The notes below the pieces were generated by a model, which searched no databases, was not told the DNA's origin, and was given only the letters and a program-made list of their open reading frames with translations. Positions 23,685 through 34,578 of a stretch of 42,139 bases of DNA are shown piece by piece. Position numbers and translations under genes: made by a program. Location: assembly GCF_001194135.2 (NCBI RefSeq), contig NC_068985.1, forward strand, positions 7,174,176 to 7,216,314, in the 5' to 3' direction. Each line of letters starts with the position of its first letter. Position 1 is the first letter of the stretch. Source of the DNA: Octopus bimaculoides (lineage: Eukaryota).

Positions 23685-23862
23685 AACCAATTCCTGTCAC
23701 ACAAGCTCCGATGGCTTTCTGGCTTTATTTTTAGTCTTAAAGACGAAATCCACACACCATTCTTCAAATCAGCAAGGGTTTCTTCTAATTGCGCTCTCCA
23801 GGCACTGTGGGAACCCCTTCACTACTTTATTATATTTACTATTTATTCATTTGTGCAAAACG
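23685..23862 (+). CDS. Candidate exon (178 nt), unidentified
   Basis: Strong acceptor TTTTTTATTCTTGCAG and donor ACG|GTAAGT. Two frames are open, so the reading frame cannot be fixed and it may be non-coding. Confidence 0.3.
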
Positions 23863-24424
23863 GTAAGTTAATCTCCTTCTTGTTCACCCTACACTTAAAT
23901 CACAATTTTCATTATTCTTTCCTTCCGGTGATAATTCATATCCTGTGCCTCTCCTGGTTGACAACGCTGGCAGAAGTTGAACTATTATTTCGTTTTAAAG
24001 TGTTTTAAAGTATCTATTATTTATCACCATTTTCACCTGTATTTGTCAAAGTGTAAATACCTATGTTTACAAATGTGTCCCTCTTTAGTTTCAATTTGCT
24101 TGTCAGTTCGTGTTTTCTGAATTGGTTTCGTTTTGGAGGCCATATTCCTTGTTGTTGCCTTTATGACTTGTGTATCATCCTACTTCCAGAGAATTTACCT
24201 CTTGAATTTCTAAAAGCAATCTATCAGAAAATATAACAGAGAAATATCTTATCTATTCAACCTCCGGGCGCTCGGACTTACAAAATGGTTTTGTTTTTAT
24301 TTTATTTATTTTATGTTACGTACTTATTTGTTTGTTCTTTGTCGTTAACTGTACGTGCTCTATCTTGCGAATCTGTTCAACTGAAGCATCCAACCACAAT
24401 AGGAATAACACTGGTCAGGAGTGG

Positions 24425-24431
24425 CAATAGT

Positions 24432-24465
<34 letters not shown>

Positions 24466-24660
24466 GCGGCGGCGGCGGCAGCGGTAGTAGTAGTAGTAGT
24501 GGTGGTAGTAGTAGTAGTAGTAAGGGAGCGGATAGATAGGAGGAGGAGGAGAGGAGGAGGAGGAGGAGGAGGAGGAGGGGAGGAGGAGGGAGGAAGGAGA
24601 GGTAAGGAGGAGGAGGGGAGGAGGGGGAATAATGAAGAAAGGCGAAGGTGGAGGTGAAGA
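24425..24660. repeat. Compound trinucleotide microsatellite (AGC)n(GGC)n(AGT)n(GGT)n then (GGA)n
   Basis: Directly visible. Confidence 0.95.
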
Positions 24661-25149
24661 AAGACGAAGGAGTATTGGATGAGGATAAGATGAAAAGTGA
24701 GGGGCATCAATTTGATTTCCTTGTGTGAGAAAATTATGTTTCTACGTTCTTCGTAAGGTTACTCTCCTGAAAAAACGTAATCACCGAATTTCAGGAACAT
24801 TTATAATAGTAAAACTAGAATCAGGAATTTCCAGGATTATATTCTATTTCCCTGGAATCTCCAACCGTATTGAGAACCTAATCATAAATTGCAAGCCTGA
24901 TTTAAATGCCCTGATGATTCAGTAAACCGTTTTTTACGATATTTAATTATTTCCCTCAAAGATGTTTTCTCACGACTCATTAGGGCTTAAACACAGGAAA
25001 AACCTTTCAAAATAAGCGGCCGAATAAAAATATATTTCTTTATGAAACGAAGTCATTGAAATTATTCAATAAATAGTATTACGATTAGCTGTTATTGAAC
25101 GTATTCATTACCGGGAAAGATACACCAGTAATAGAGGTAGAGTTTTGGT

Positions 25150-25645
25150 TTTACACCAGAATCAGGGTCTTGTTCTATTCCTACGTCTTATTCCTGTTGG
25201 TTCAGCCTAATGAATCCGTCATGTGATTTTCTCCTGCGATATTTTAGTCACCTGATGGTAGTAACGTAGCTTTGTCCTCTCAAGGCGAAGAAATAGCGGC
25301 TACACGTGGAGAGATTCCCTAATCTCCTAGCTACACATCATGTCAAGTAACGTTACCTCAGAGACCCTTTAGAAGAACCCCATTTCAGCCACTTGTTTCC
25401 AGGGTCTACTCTTTCGGTCATTACCCAACAATCATGAATTCCTGACCATCGGTCAGGAGAGACGCAAAAACCGAACTAAAGATAGCAAGTTAGGCTTTTT
25501 TGCCAGTTTCTTTTCTTTTGTGAGGCACAAATGCTGGCCAGCCCCTGAAATTCTATCTAATTTACCTCCTGATTCCCCTCACTCGTGAATACGACCCCAA
25601 TATCCCTAAAACTCTCCACATATCTCAGTGATCTTCCCATTAATA
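25150..25645 (-). mobile_element. RTE-clade LINE (Expander/Rex3-like) reverse transcriptase C-terminal remnant
   Basis: Minus strand reads VESFRDIGVVFTSEG... then VAEMGFF*RVSEVTLLD..EIRESLHV*PLFLRLERTKLRY..PTGIRRR, matching the RTE pattern VEEFKYLG..FTSEG / AEMxFLRRV / EPLLLRIER. Confidence 0.85.
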
Positions 25646-26540
25646 TCTGGGGTACACTAGGAAGAGGATTTTTTTTTTTTTTTTTTTAGTGTATTGAAAA
25701 TGTATTGAACTTGTAGAAATTTAGTCTCTGAATTCAAAGAAGTTTTCGAAACAAAAGACATAATCTAAAGTATTGACTGATGAAACATGAGTTATTGCTA
25801 AATTTGGTAAAGATATTAATTCCGAGTATTGTATTATGAACCTAAACTTAATTTGTCTAATTATGATTTTATTTACTTAAACGTAACCTGAAGTTATAAT
25901 AAAGTTAATTTACCTAATGTCCCTTGTAACGACTACGGCAAGTTTGGCGATACGTTCGAAGTGAGAATCGAACGAGATTCTGTTGTTACGAATGTGGGTA
26001 ATGTCTACATCTATGTACAGTGTAATGAAACTTGGTGAAATAATTCCTACTGCAGAAAATATTTCTGTTGTAGAAAATTGAAGTATTCGAATGTCTTGAA
26101 AAAGGTGAGAACAATTCATATTTCATTTTGTAGATCTTCAGCAAAAATGTAATTGCTTGAGTCAACGTTTAAGAAGAACATCATCACGAATTGCAATCAA
26201 TCACCAATATTCATAAATGGAACAGATTATGTGTAATGTTAGAATATCTCTTGTTTCTTAAAGCTGTGTAGCAAAATGTGCGATCGATATCAAAAGAACT
26301 CGATTTTCAAACACTGTGTTTAATGGTTTTTCATTCCGATGCATTATCGGTGGAGAATATTAAAACTAAATTGAAAAACTTTGTCCAAAGATGCAATCTT
26401 GATATCTGTCAAAGGCATATGTACTTATGTTTTAGAAGAATAGAACCGACGAAATAACTTAACGTTCATCTTTCAGAGAGAATTTACAGCAAAAAGAAGT
26501 CGAAGAACAGAGTAACAAATTTATTTGTATAATCTTTTAT

Positions 26541-26862
26541 CTTTTACTTGTTTCAATCACAAGACTGCGCCCATGCTGCAGCATCACCTTGAGGAATTTT
26601 AGTCGAACGAATCGATTTCAGTACATTTTTTAAGCTTGGTACTTATTCTATCGATCATTTTGCCGGACTGCTACGTTACGGAAGCGTAAACACACCAACA
26701 CAGGTTGTCAAGCGGTGGTTGGAGAGACAAACACACACACGTGCGCGCTTTAGCCTGAGACTATAGTGGAAGACACTTGCTCAGGGTGTTACCCAGTGAC
26801 ACTGAAACTGGAACAATGTGGTGGGATAGCAAACTTCTTACCACACCCTCATACTTGCGCCT
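26541..26862 (-). mobile_element. tRNA-derived SINE (family D, CORE-like motif)
   Basis: Reverse-complement homologue of 31833-32165. Contains the CCTGAGCAAGTGTCTT variant of the CORE-like CCTTGGGCAAGT. Confidence 0.8.
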
Positions 26863-27759
26863 AAATGATGAAATATATAAAGCTTCTTAATTTTGGATGC
26901 ACTTAATATTTTCTTAATTCTACCATGCTAAACTGCACAATACTGCAAAAATCTTCATGAAAAATTGTTTTTCATTTTATTACAAGACTCATTTAGCTTT
27001 CATTCTGAGTCTGGGCCCATTATATTTGAAACACCGTGTCCAGTAAGAAAATAAGGACCATACTAGATATATTGCGCTTAGAAAAATTGTTCTAAACTAC
27101 CAAGAAATCATCCAAACATTTTACGCTACCTTTATGTTTCTAAGTTTCAGTTTTTTCAGTGCTTTACACCTTTCACTCAAGAAGTTTCATGCTAGTCCCT
27201 TACCTTTTATAATTCTACCATCAGTACTTCTCCAACATCTTCCGGAGCAGAGATGGATTTTTTTGTGGTATGCTTCTTTGGTACAAAATTGTGATCAAAT
27301 ATTAATGACAAAGTTAACTATCACTTGTTTTCATGGATTTTAGTTTTCAAAGTAAACTGGGGTTTTTTTTATGAATGTATATAATATTTCTACGTTTATA
27401 AATCCTGCCATCTAATAATCTAATATACAAAATTTTAAATCATTAAGAGGGTTTAAAAGAAGGGGAAATTAATACTTGGCGTCTATTCCCGAGCTATTAC
27501 AGAAGTTTTTCAATGCTCCCGAGTTTTCCGGGATGATGTGTTCCAGGAAATTGTCAGGAATTTCTTGTTAGATAATGTTTTTGGTTCTCCTAATTCCTTC
27601 ATGCAGTCGGAGTGAACATATAGCCATGAATTCCTTACCGCTTTCTAAATATAAGCCAATACAAAAGATAACCGATACAATATCGGTAATAATTATATCG
27701 AGAAAGTGTATGGAATCAGTAAGCCATGAATATTGATTGTACGAAAGATAGCAAGACGT

Positions 27760-28110
27760 TTATCACAGGAGCGACAACATTATCTCATGAAATTTGAATA
27801 AATTTCAGAAAAGTAAAATGATAGCCTATGTCAGCAGCAAGGACAGAGATATTTATTGTGTATAACGCAATACTGAACCAAGTTAAGGATACATGGTTTA
27901 CATGGTCATTACTTATGCAAGTAGACACTGAACGTACAAATAAATAATTATTCTTGTAAAGCTCGAATTGAACGAGGCAGACCAAGTCAAAACATTCGCC
28001 ATGAAGCGGATTGTTATGACTAGCAGATCTAGTGAAAGAGATGCTAGAACTCTGTGGTATATCTGACGAAGACAACGATTGAGTGACAAACGATCACATA
28101 GCATATCATA
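27760..28110 (+). mobile_element. Degraded RTE-clade LINE 3' remnant
   Basis: Frameshifted W..GH.LMQVDTERT.K followed by ERGRP (27970-27984). Confidence 0.5.
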
Positions 28111-28386
28111 AACCCGATGTGAAATCATTTTCAATCCCTGGGTTTACTATAGTGCATAAATAACCGTCTTTAGATTGCTAATTTCTCATCTAGCGTCACA
28201 AGTCCTATAGTCAATTGAAGTACCAGTGAAACGGGCGGATTTCTCAGACCAAGATTCATAAAGTGGTGTTTGTTCTGCGAAGTGGGAAGAAATCCAAAGA
28301 TAAAGTATTTTTTTTTTCTTGTCTTCCATTTCATTCCTTATTACCATCTTGTTTTCCAATCATAGTACCCTTTCCTCTATTTTCAG

Positions 28387-28416
28387 GGCTTCAAACTTTC
28401 ATTGTAACCCTGGCAG
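28387..28416 (+). CDS. Candidate 30-nt microexon
   Basis: Long pyrimidine tract (28321-28386) ending in TTTCAG, and a CAG|GTTAGC donor. Phase 1-1 frame reads LQTFIVTLA. Confidence 0.2.
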
Positions 28417-28559
28417 GTTAGCTGAATGATGCTATGCCTTGCCGAAGGGCAACCAGTGATTTTATTAGAGACTACTTGTTAAATATTCATAGCTAATCTG
28501 TATATTTGCTAGTTATTCTCTTATCCAGAAACGGGGGCCGCGATGGACTGGTGTTTGCA

Positions 28560-28705
28560 TCGTATCTGAGAAGGTCCTCAGAACACGGCATATGTGGATC
28601 AACTTACTACAGACACTGAATGCCTCCCCAAAGACCTCACAACTAATAAAGGACCGAGACGGATTGCGTGCGCGTGTTCAAAATGCCCGATCATAATGAT
28701 GATAA
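28560..28705 (+). mobile_element. RTE-type LINE 3' terminus
   Basis: YVDQLTTDTECLPKDLTT, then after a frameshift DRDGLRARVQNAR, and a TGATGATAA tail-like end. Confidence 0.65.
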
Positions 28706-29184
28706 ATATTAGATTTATTAAAACAATAAATATAATGCTGTTCATTTGAAGATCTTAGGAAATATATGGACTTATATGTGGAATAACTTTCGTCACATTT
28801 ATAAGTGCTCAAACTTGAAAGATACTCAGCCACTTCTGTAAAACAATTAGTACAGTACCCACAAAAATAGATACTACAAATTATAAATACTCGAATCTGT
28901 AAATAAATTAGAAGACTGCGAATCAACAAATGTCAACCTTGGCCATTTTTATGGACAATTACAAAAGTGTACCCAATATTGTTCATTGGAGAAATTAAAC
29001 TGATGCTGCATTCATCAAAACGTGCATAGTAAGACAAATAATTATCATTAAAGATATAACTACAAGATCACAGATTTGTCAGAACGGACTGTAGGAAGGG
29101 TGTAATATTTTATGTATCGGCTCTAAGGCAATGAGAGATCGCCATTCTAATGCTGATTTCAAATTAAGGCCGATAATGTCGCGG

Positions 29185-29340
29185 GAGTATTGGTCGATGC
29201 CATCAACTATGACTGTACTTTATTTTATCGACCTCAGACATTTAAACTCAACGTGATTTCAGTTTAGAACGTAAGAAGCCAGAAGACATACACGCTGTCA
29301 GGCATTTGTTCCGATGCTCTAACTATTCTGCCAATCTCCA
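29185..29340 (-). mobile_element. Degenerate family A SINE
   Basis: Co-linear but diverged match to 6204-6420. A plus-strand fragment also lies at ~29885-29945. Confidence 0.55.
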
Positions 29341-31614
29341 AACTTTAGTCAACTTTAAAATCATGGCAATTTATTTTCTGAGCATTTCTAATAACGGTTT
29401 CTGACCAAACAACGTTTTAAGTAAAGACGATACCTAAACTTTAATGAATACAAATTAATTATATTAAAGTCATTATCACTTCTGTTGACGTCTTTAACAT
29501 ACTTTAAAAGCCATTCAATATATTAATCTTATAATTATTTATGTTCAATTAACGACAGAGAAACCATAGTTTATTTAAGTATTATGTGTTATATGATTGT
29601 TGATATTTCTATCATCAACAACAAAGGAAAACCATAAGTAATTATTGATATCTCCTTGTTTATGATCAACACTTATTTAACACAGACATAATGAGATCTT
29701 AAGTACATTGTATTCCGGAAGTAAACTAATTGATATTTTCTGTAAACGGCAAATGAAGATAATTTCAAACACTTTTTTTCCTAATTAATATTAACTTTCA
29801 ACAATTAAGAATATTGTTTGTTTCTTCTTTGTTATCGAAAACATAGATATAAATTTATTCACGAAGTTTGTCCCGTTCCATTATGTACTGACTTCAAATT
29901 CCACAGCAGTCAGCTGAGTCTTGCATCGTTTCGGGGTCGATATAAAAATGAACCAGCAGCACAAGGTTTTGGTTAAGAAATTTTTAGACCATTGAGTTGT
30001 CTGTTCCATCTCTTTGTCTTATGAGTCCACAGACGCATTTGGCAAAGTTGACTGTAAAGAATAATCGTTAGAATGGTGTCTTGTTAAAGTACCTTACGGA
30101 AGGTAACGAGAAGCCACGGAAATCCATGTCAAACGAAGTTTGCTACGTAAGGCAGACGCCGGAGGTTGTTCGTAGACCAGAACACATAAGAGATATTTGC
30201 TGCAAAATCCTGTCTGTATAATATATAGATTGCATGGCGTCTACAACTATTAAGTATTTTTAATATTGTGTCACGAAAAATTGATATTTTACATTTTATG
30301 TGGCACACTTCTCTCGGGAAGTTCGATCGATTCTCGTTCGTTAGACCACACAATGCGGAAACACTCGTCTATTTTTATTTTTTCCTACTTTGTGTGTATT
30401 GCAGACGATAGTTATCAACTGCCTGAATCGATTCATGCACATACACTGAGATACTTATATATTTATAGCTAAAGAACTTTTTAGTGGGAGTAGGGTTAAT
30501 TCAAAATGGATGTCCGCGTTCTAATATCCGTGTAGGTTTTCTTAATACGAAATACTCAGACAGTGACTATTTCTTTAAATGTAATATATTCTGGTGAAAC
30601 AACTTCATTATAGGAGAAGAATCTCGAAATTTAACTAAAAATGAATGTATAGCTAAAATAAATGTATTTTCTGTAAATTTTGAATATTTTAAAATTTTCC
30701 TTCGAATATTATACACTTATGTACCTTTATTATACAGTGGTTAAATAGAAATAAGAGTTGCAAAAGATATTTATTCATTGCTGTTTATATTTAGCTCAGC
30801 TTCTGCTCTAATCCAGCAAATCTACGATCAAAGTTTTTCCAGGCATCACATTGTCGCTTACCTGCTTTTTATTTTAAAATATATCTAGGATTAAATATCG
30901 AATGGGGACTGTCGCTTTTACAACAACGATGTGTAATTTGATGAAGGCTTGACTGCTATTTATAGATTTGGTCATACAGACTCACTCGTTCTCTCGAAAC
31001 ATTGCAATAGTAAAGTATAGAAAATCTTATTTATCATTTATATTTTTCATAAATATTAACCCATAAATGCCCATAAAAAGGAAGTCTTAAAATTTCACTG
31101 TATTTAGATTAGGCGTTATGGTAAGCTTTCACAATCTGGAAGAGAAGGACAGTATTCAACTGTTAGCTACAGTTGTCAACTACCTACTGAATATTTCGTA
31201 TGCTCAGCCAGTTGCTTTCTGGTGTATTCATTTCCAAACAAGTTGGGGTGTATATGCGTTGACAATAGAAAATAACTATCTTCAGTATAACGTTATGTAT
31301 TTGCTATCACTTACGTAAACACTAACTGCAGAAACATCATACGGTGATATTTCTTGCTGCAATAAAACAATTCCTAGTTAATTAACAAAAAAATACAGGA
31401 TAACCTAAAACATAGCGAGGTTTTTGGAAGGAATTTCAAACTTTCTTTCAGCTATCGCGAGAATTCATACTTTGAACGAAATATAAATATTTAGATAGTA
31501 CTAGTAGCTGCATTCAGTTGCAACATTGTTTCAGTTTTTGGAAGCTGTCTTTCTGCATGAGATTAATTTCCTTTGTCGCATTTTTACTTTAATTTTGGAG
31601 TCCCACCTTGGCAG

Positions 31615-31691
31615 CTGATCACCGCAGCACAGAACATCACAGCCAAAAATACGAGTTTTACATCCCGTATGACAATTCTCTTGATCTTAAG
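31615..31691 (+). CDS. Candidate internal exon (phase 1-0), unidentified
   Basis: GGCAG acceptor (alternative TTTTGGAG at 31600) and strong AAG|GTGAGT donor. Frame reads DHRSTEHHSQKYEFYIPYDNSLDLK. A paralogous copy lies at 33012-33101. Confidence 0.4.
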
Positions 31692-31832
31692 GTGAGTAAA
31701 TACATTTTCTGTCAAAAAAACTCATTCACTGCAAATTACAGTAAAATAGAATTTATTATTCATCACAATAAGTTGTATACGTACATTTATCATAATATCT
31801 CATAGCGAAATATTAAAAGTTAAATATATATA

Positions 31833-32165
31833 TAGGTGCAAGTATGGCTGTGTGGTAAGAAGCTTGCTTCCCAACCACAAGGTTGTGGGTTCAGTCCCAC
31901 TACGCGGCACTATGGGCAAGTATCTTCTACTATAGTCGCAGGCCGACCAAAAACTTGTGAGTGAATTTGGTAGACGGAATGTGTGTATGTGTCCTCATTA
32001 CCACATGACAACCGGTGTTGGTGTGTTTACGTCCCAGTAATTTAGCAGTTCTGTGAAGGAGTAATAGAATAAGTACTTGTGTTGATTTTTTCCACTAAAA
32101 ACAACTCAAGTCGGCGCCCAAGCATGGCCGCAGTTTGAAACAGGTATAAGATTAAAGATAAAAGA
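31833..32165 (+). mobile_element. tRNA-derived SINE (family D, CORE-like motif)
   Basis: Head TGGCTGTGTGG..GGTTCAGTCCC, motif CACTATGGGCAAGT, and an A-rich tail (AAGAT..)n. Confidence 0.85.
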
Positions 32166-33002
32166 TATTTTTTAAAAAAACATTGTTATACTCTAGGAAT
32201 ATTTTGAAATCATCACTGACTTTTAAAATACTTATTGTTTCAATAGGGGAACTGAGGACATGATAGACAGGAAAACTAGGTTTTAATTGTTAAGATCTAA
32301 CCTCTCCTAAGTCCCTAATTTGTTAATATTTTATCGACTTTCAAAGAATCAGAGGCAACGTGGGACTGGGCCGAATTTGGACTCGCAGCTTCAAATATTA
32401 CAAAGTAATTTTGTCGTCATTCCACTGATTATATCACATATTTCAAGACCTCCAATAAGTATTTAACAAGTTTGAAAATTTGAATAAAAATACCTTAAGT
32501 AGAATAGTAAATTTGTATCTTCTGTATTTGCCGGCGTAGAAGACTTTTTTTTTTTAATTTGTAAATGTAAAAATCATTTTACCTGCATTAAATACAGCTG
32601 CATTATGGATGGAAGACCGAATGGGAGACCAACAGTTGCAGGCTTGGAAATTTGATAAGCACAATCTGCTAAGCAAAATAATTGTTACTAAGAATAAATC
32701 ATAGAAAAATCGACGAAACGCCAGTCCAGTGTGTTAGCATAAAACATACGATAAATTACGGTATCTCTGCAGTTATGTGGAAGGGCCACATGTTCTCATT
32801 ATATCTTCCTTCCCTAACATACAGAACCCATACCTGTTATGTGTCTTCCATTATCTCTTCCCATTATTTATTTTACTCATGTGCCTTTCAAATTTAGGTA
32901 TAGAAACATTTTATAATTAACTAAATGAAAATTATCTTACAGAGATTAAACGAATGTTAAGGTTTACTCGCCTATAAAGAGTGGTTAAAACCGAACCCAT
33001 AG

Positions 33003-33154
33003 TCTTCGAGGTCTACCCTGGCAACTAATCATGGTGGCATAAAACATCACGGCCAAAATTACGAGTCTTACATCCGGTATGACAACTCTCTTGCTCTGAA
33101 GAATAATGAATATACAGATGACCTGAAAGAAGATAAAATTGAAATATATTACTC
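33003..33154 (+). CDS. Candidate exon or pseudo-exon containing the duplicated 90-bp unit
   Basis: Open frame SSRSTLATNHGGIKHHGQNYESYIRYDNSLALKNNEYTDDLKEDKIEIYY. Both splice sites (CCCATAG and TC|GTATAA) are weak. Confidence 0.2.
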
Positions 33155-33164
33155 GTATAAAAGT

Positions 33165-33195
<31 letters not shown>

Positions 33196-33461
33196 NNNNN
33201 NNNNNNNNNNNNNNNNNNNNNNNNNNNNNNNNNNNNNNNNNNNNNNNNNNNNNNNNNNNNNNNNNNNNNNNNNNNNNNNNNNNNNNNNNNNNNNNNNNNN
33301 NNNNNNNNNNNNNNNNNNNNNNNNNNNNNNNNNNNNNNNNNNNNNNNNNNNNNNNNNNNNNNNNNNNNNNNNNNNNNNNNNNNNNNNNNNNNNNNNNNNN
33401 NNNNNNNNNNNNNNNNNNNNNNNNNNNNNNNNNNNNNNNNNNNNNNNNNNNNNNNNNNNNN

Positions 33462-33608
33462 ATTTCGAACCTGGGTTCTCATTCCTAACGATTTTACTAT
33501 TATTATTATATTATTATTACTACTATTATTAATCAGGTCGCTGCCGTGAATCGAACTCGGAACCTTGGGGTTAGTAGCCCGCGCTCTTAACCACTACGCC
33601 ATATGCCC
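33462..33608 (-). mobile_element. Family C SINE, left arm (runs into a gap)
   Basis: tRNA-like head at 33536-33608 (GGGCATATGGCGTAGTGG...GAGTTCGATTC), then (AAT)-like repeats and the start of the tail. Confidence 0.85.
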
Positions 33609-33610
33609 GT

Positions 33611-33735
33611 GGGCATATTTCCCCAAGACACCTGACGAAGGCTGGAGGGTATATCAGCCGAAACGTTGTGTTAACAACAAACAAGATGAGGAGAAATATC
33701 CGTCAAATGTAAATAATGTAAATAATGTAAATAAA
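33611..33735 (+). mobile_element. Family C SINE, right arm, internally deleted
   Basis: The first 8 nt of the head (GGGCATAT) join directly to the tail TTCCCCAAGACAC... and end in (AATGTAAAT)n. Confidence 0.8.
33627..33672 (+). ncRNA. Minimal type I hammerhead ribozyme motif (intact)
   Basis: Stem I GACAC/GTGTT, core CTGACGA, extra A, stem II GGCTG/CAGCC with a 10-nt loop, GAA, palindromic ACGT stem III, cleavage triplet GUU. Confidence 0.75.
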
Positions 33736-33862
33736 TTCATAGTTTCGTACTTTATTTAAGTATACTGTCATAGCATTCTGCTGACAACGACAGAATCATG
33801 CATTTCCCTAACAAAATCATGTCATCTTTCAATAAGTCTTGTAAAATAAGAGTGACTTCATA

Positions 33863-34072
33863 TTCTTTTCTACTCTAGGCACAAGGTCCGAATTTTGGGG
33901 GGAGTCAGTCGATTAGATCAATCCCAGTACGCAACTGGTACTAACATTATCGACCCCGAGAGGATGAAAGGCAAAGTCAACCTCGGCGGAATTTGAACTC
34001 AGAACGTAAAGACAGACAAAATACCGCTAAGTATTTCCCCCGGCCTGCTAACGTTTCTGCCAGAAGGCCGCC
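33863..34072 (-). mobile_element. Family A SINE with ~16-bp TSD
   Basis: Homologous to the 6204 copy. Flanks TAAGAGTGACTTCATA (33847-33862) and TAAGAGTGTTTTCACA (34073-34088). Confidence 0.9.
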
Positions 34073-34422
34073 TAAGAGTGTTTTCACATTGCGATAATGC
34101 ATTTTATTCGCCGGCAAATAAGGTGAGTCAGATTTAAATTCAGGTTCCAGAGGTTTTAATTAATAGAAATAGTTTCATACATGTGAATGGTAAAAGATAA
34201 ATATTACTTACCAGTATCAGTATCGATGAGTGACATGGATATATCTAACTCTTGTGTTTAACTCTAAAAATGCCCAACCCAAAACGTATATATTTCTATT
34301 AAGAAACGTTGTTGATTTTAGTAGATTCTTGAAATGTCCTATTAATACTTATTTGAACAAATAATATATCTTTTTTTTTCCGTAATGTTATGTAAATACA
34401 GTGAATATAACAATTTATAAGC

Positions 34423-34578
34423 ACACTGCGAGGGGATATTAGTTGCAGGAATTGTAATCATGTCTCGGTAGCCAAAGAAAAACTACCTGAAGCTAGTTTC
34501 ATGGATGTGTATCAGAAACCAGAATGGAAGTATACGGAATTTGAAAAGGACACCACTCTGAAAATGTTCTGAAATAAA
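34423..34578 (+). CDS. Candidate terminal coding exon followed by AATAAA
   Basis: 49-codon complex open frame TLRGDISCRNCNHVSVAKEKLPEASFMDVYQKPEWKYTEFEKDTTLKMF*, with AATAAA immediately after the stop (34573-34578). The acceptor (TTTATAAG) is weak. Confidence 0.25.

Noticed and set aside
24285-24710. Poly-Ser/Gly/Pro/Ala ORFs suggesting a homeotic or structural protein exon
   Set aside because: These are pure trinucleotide microsatellites, open in several frames on both strands, with no complex coding sequence or convincing splice sites.
25900-26500. Protein-like frames (NDYGKFGDTFEVRIERD.., weak hAT-like words)
   Set aside because: There are multiple stops, no good acceptor and no diagnostic motif. 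It is possibly an old transposase remnant but cannot be assigned.
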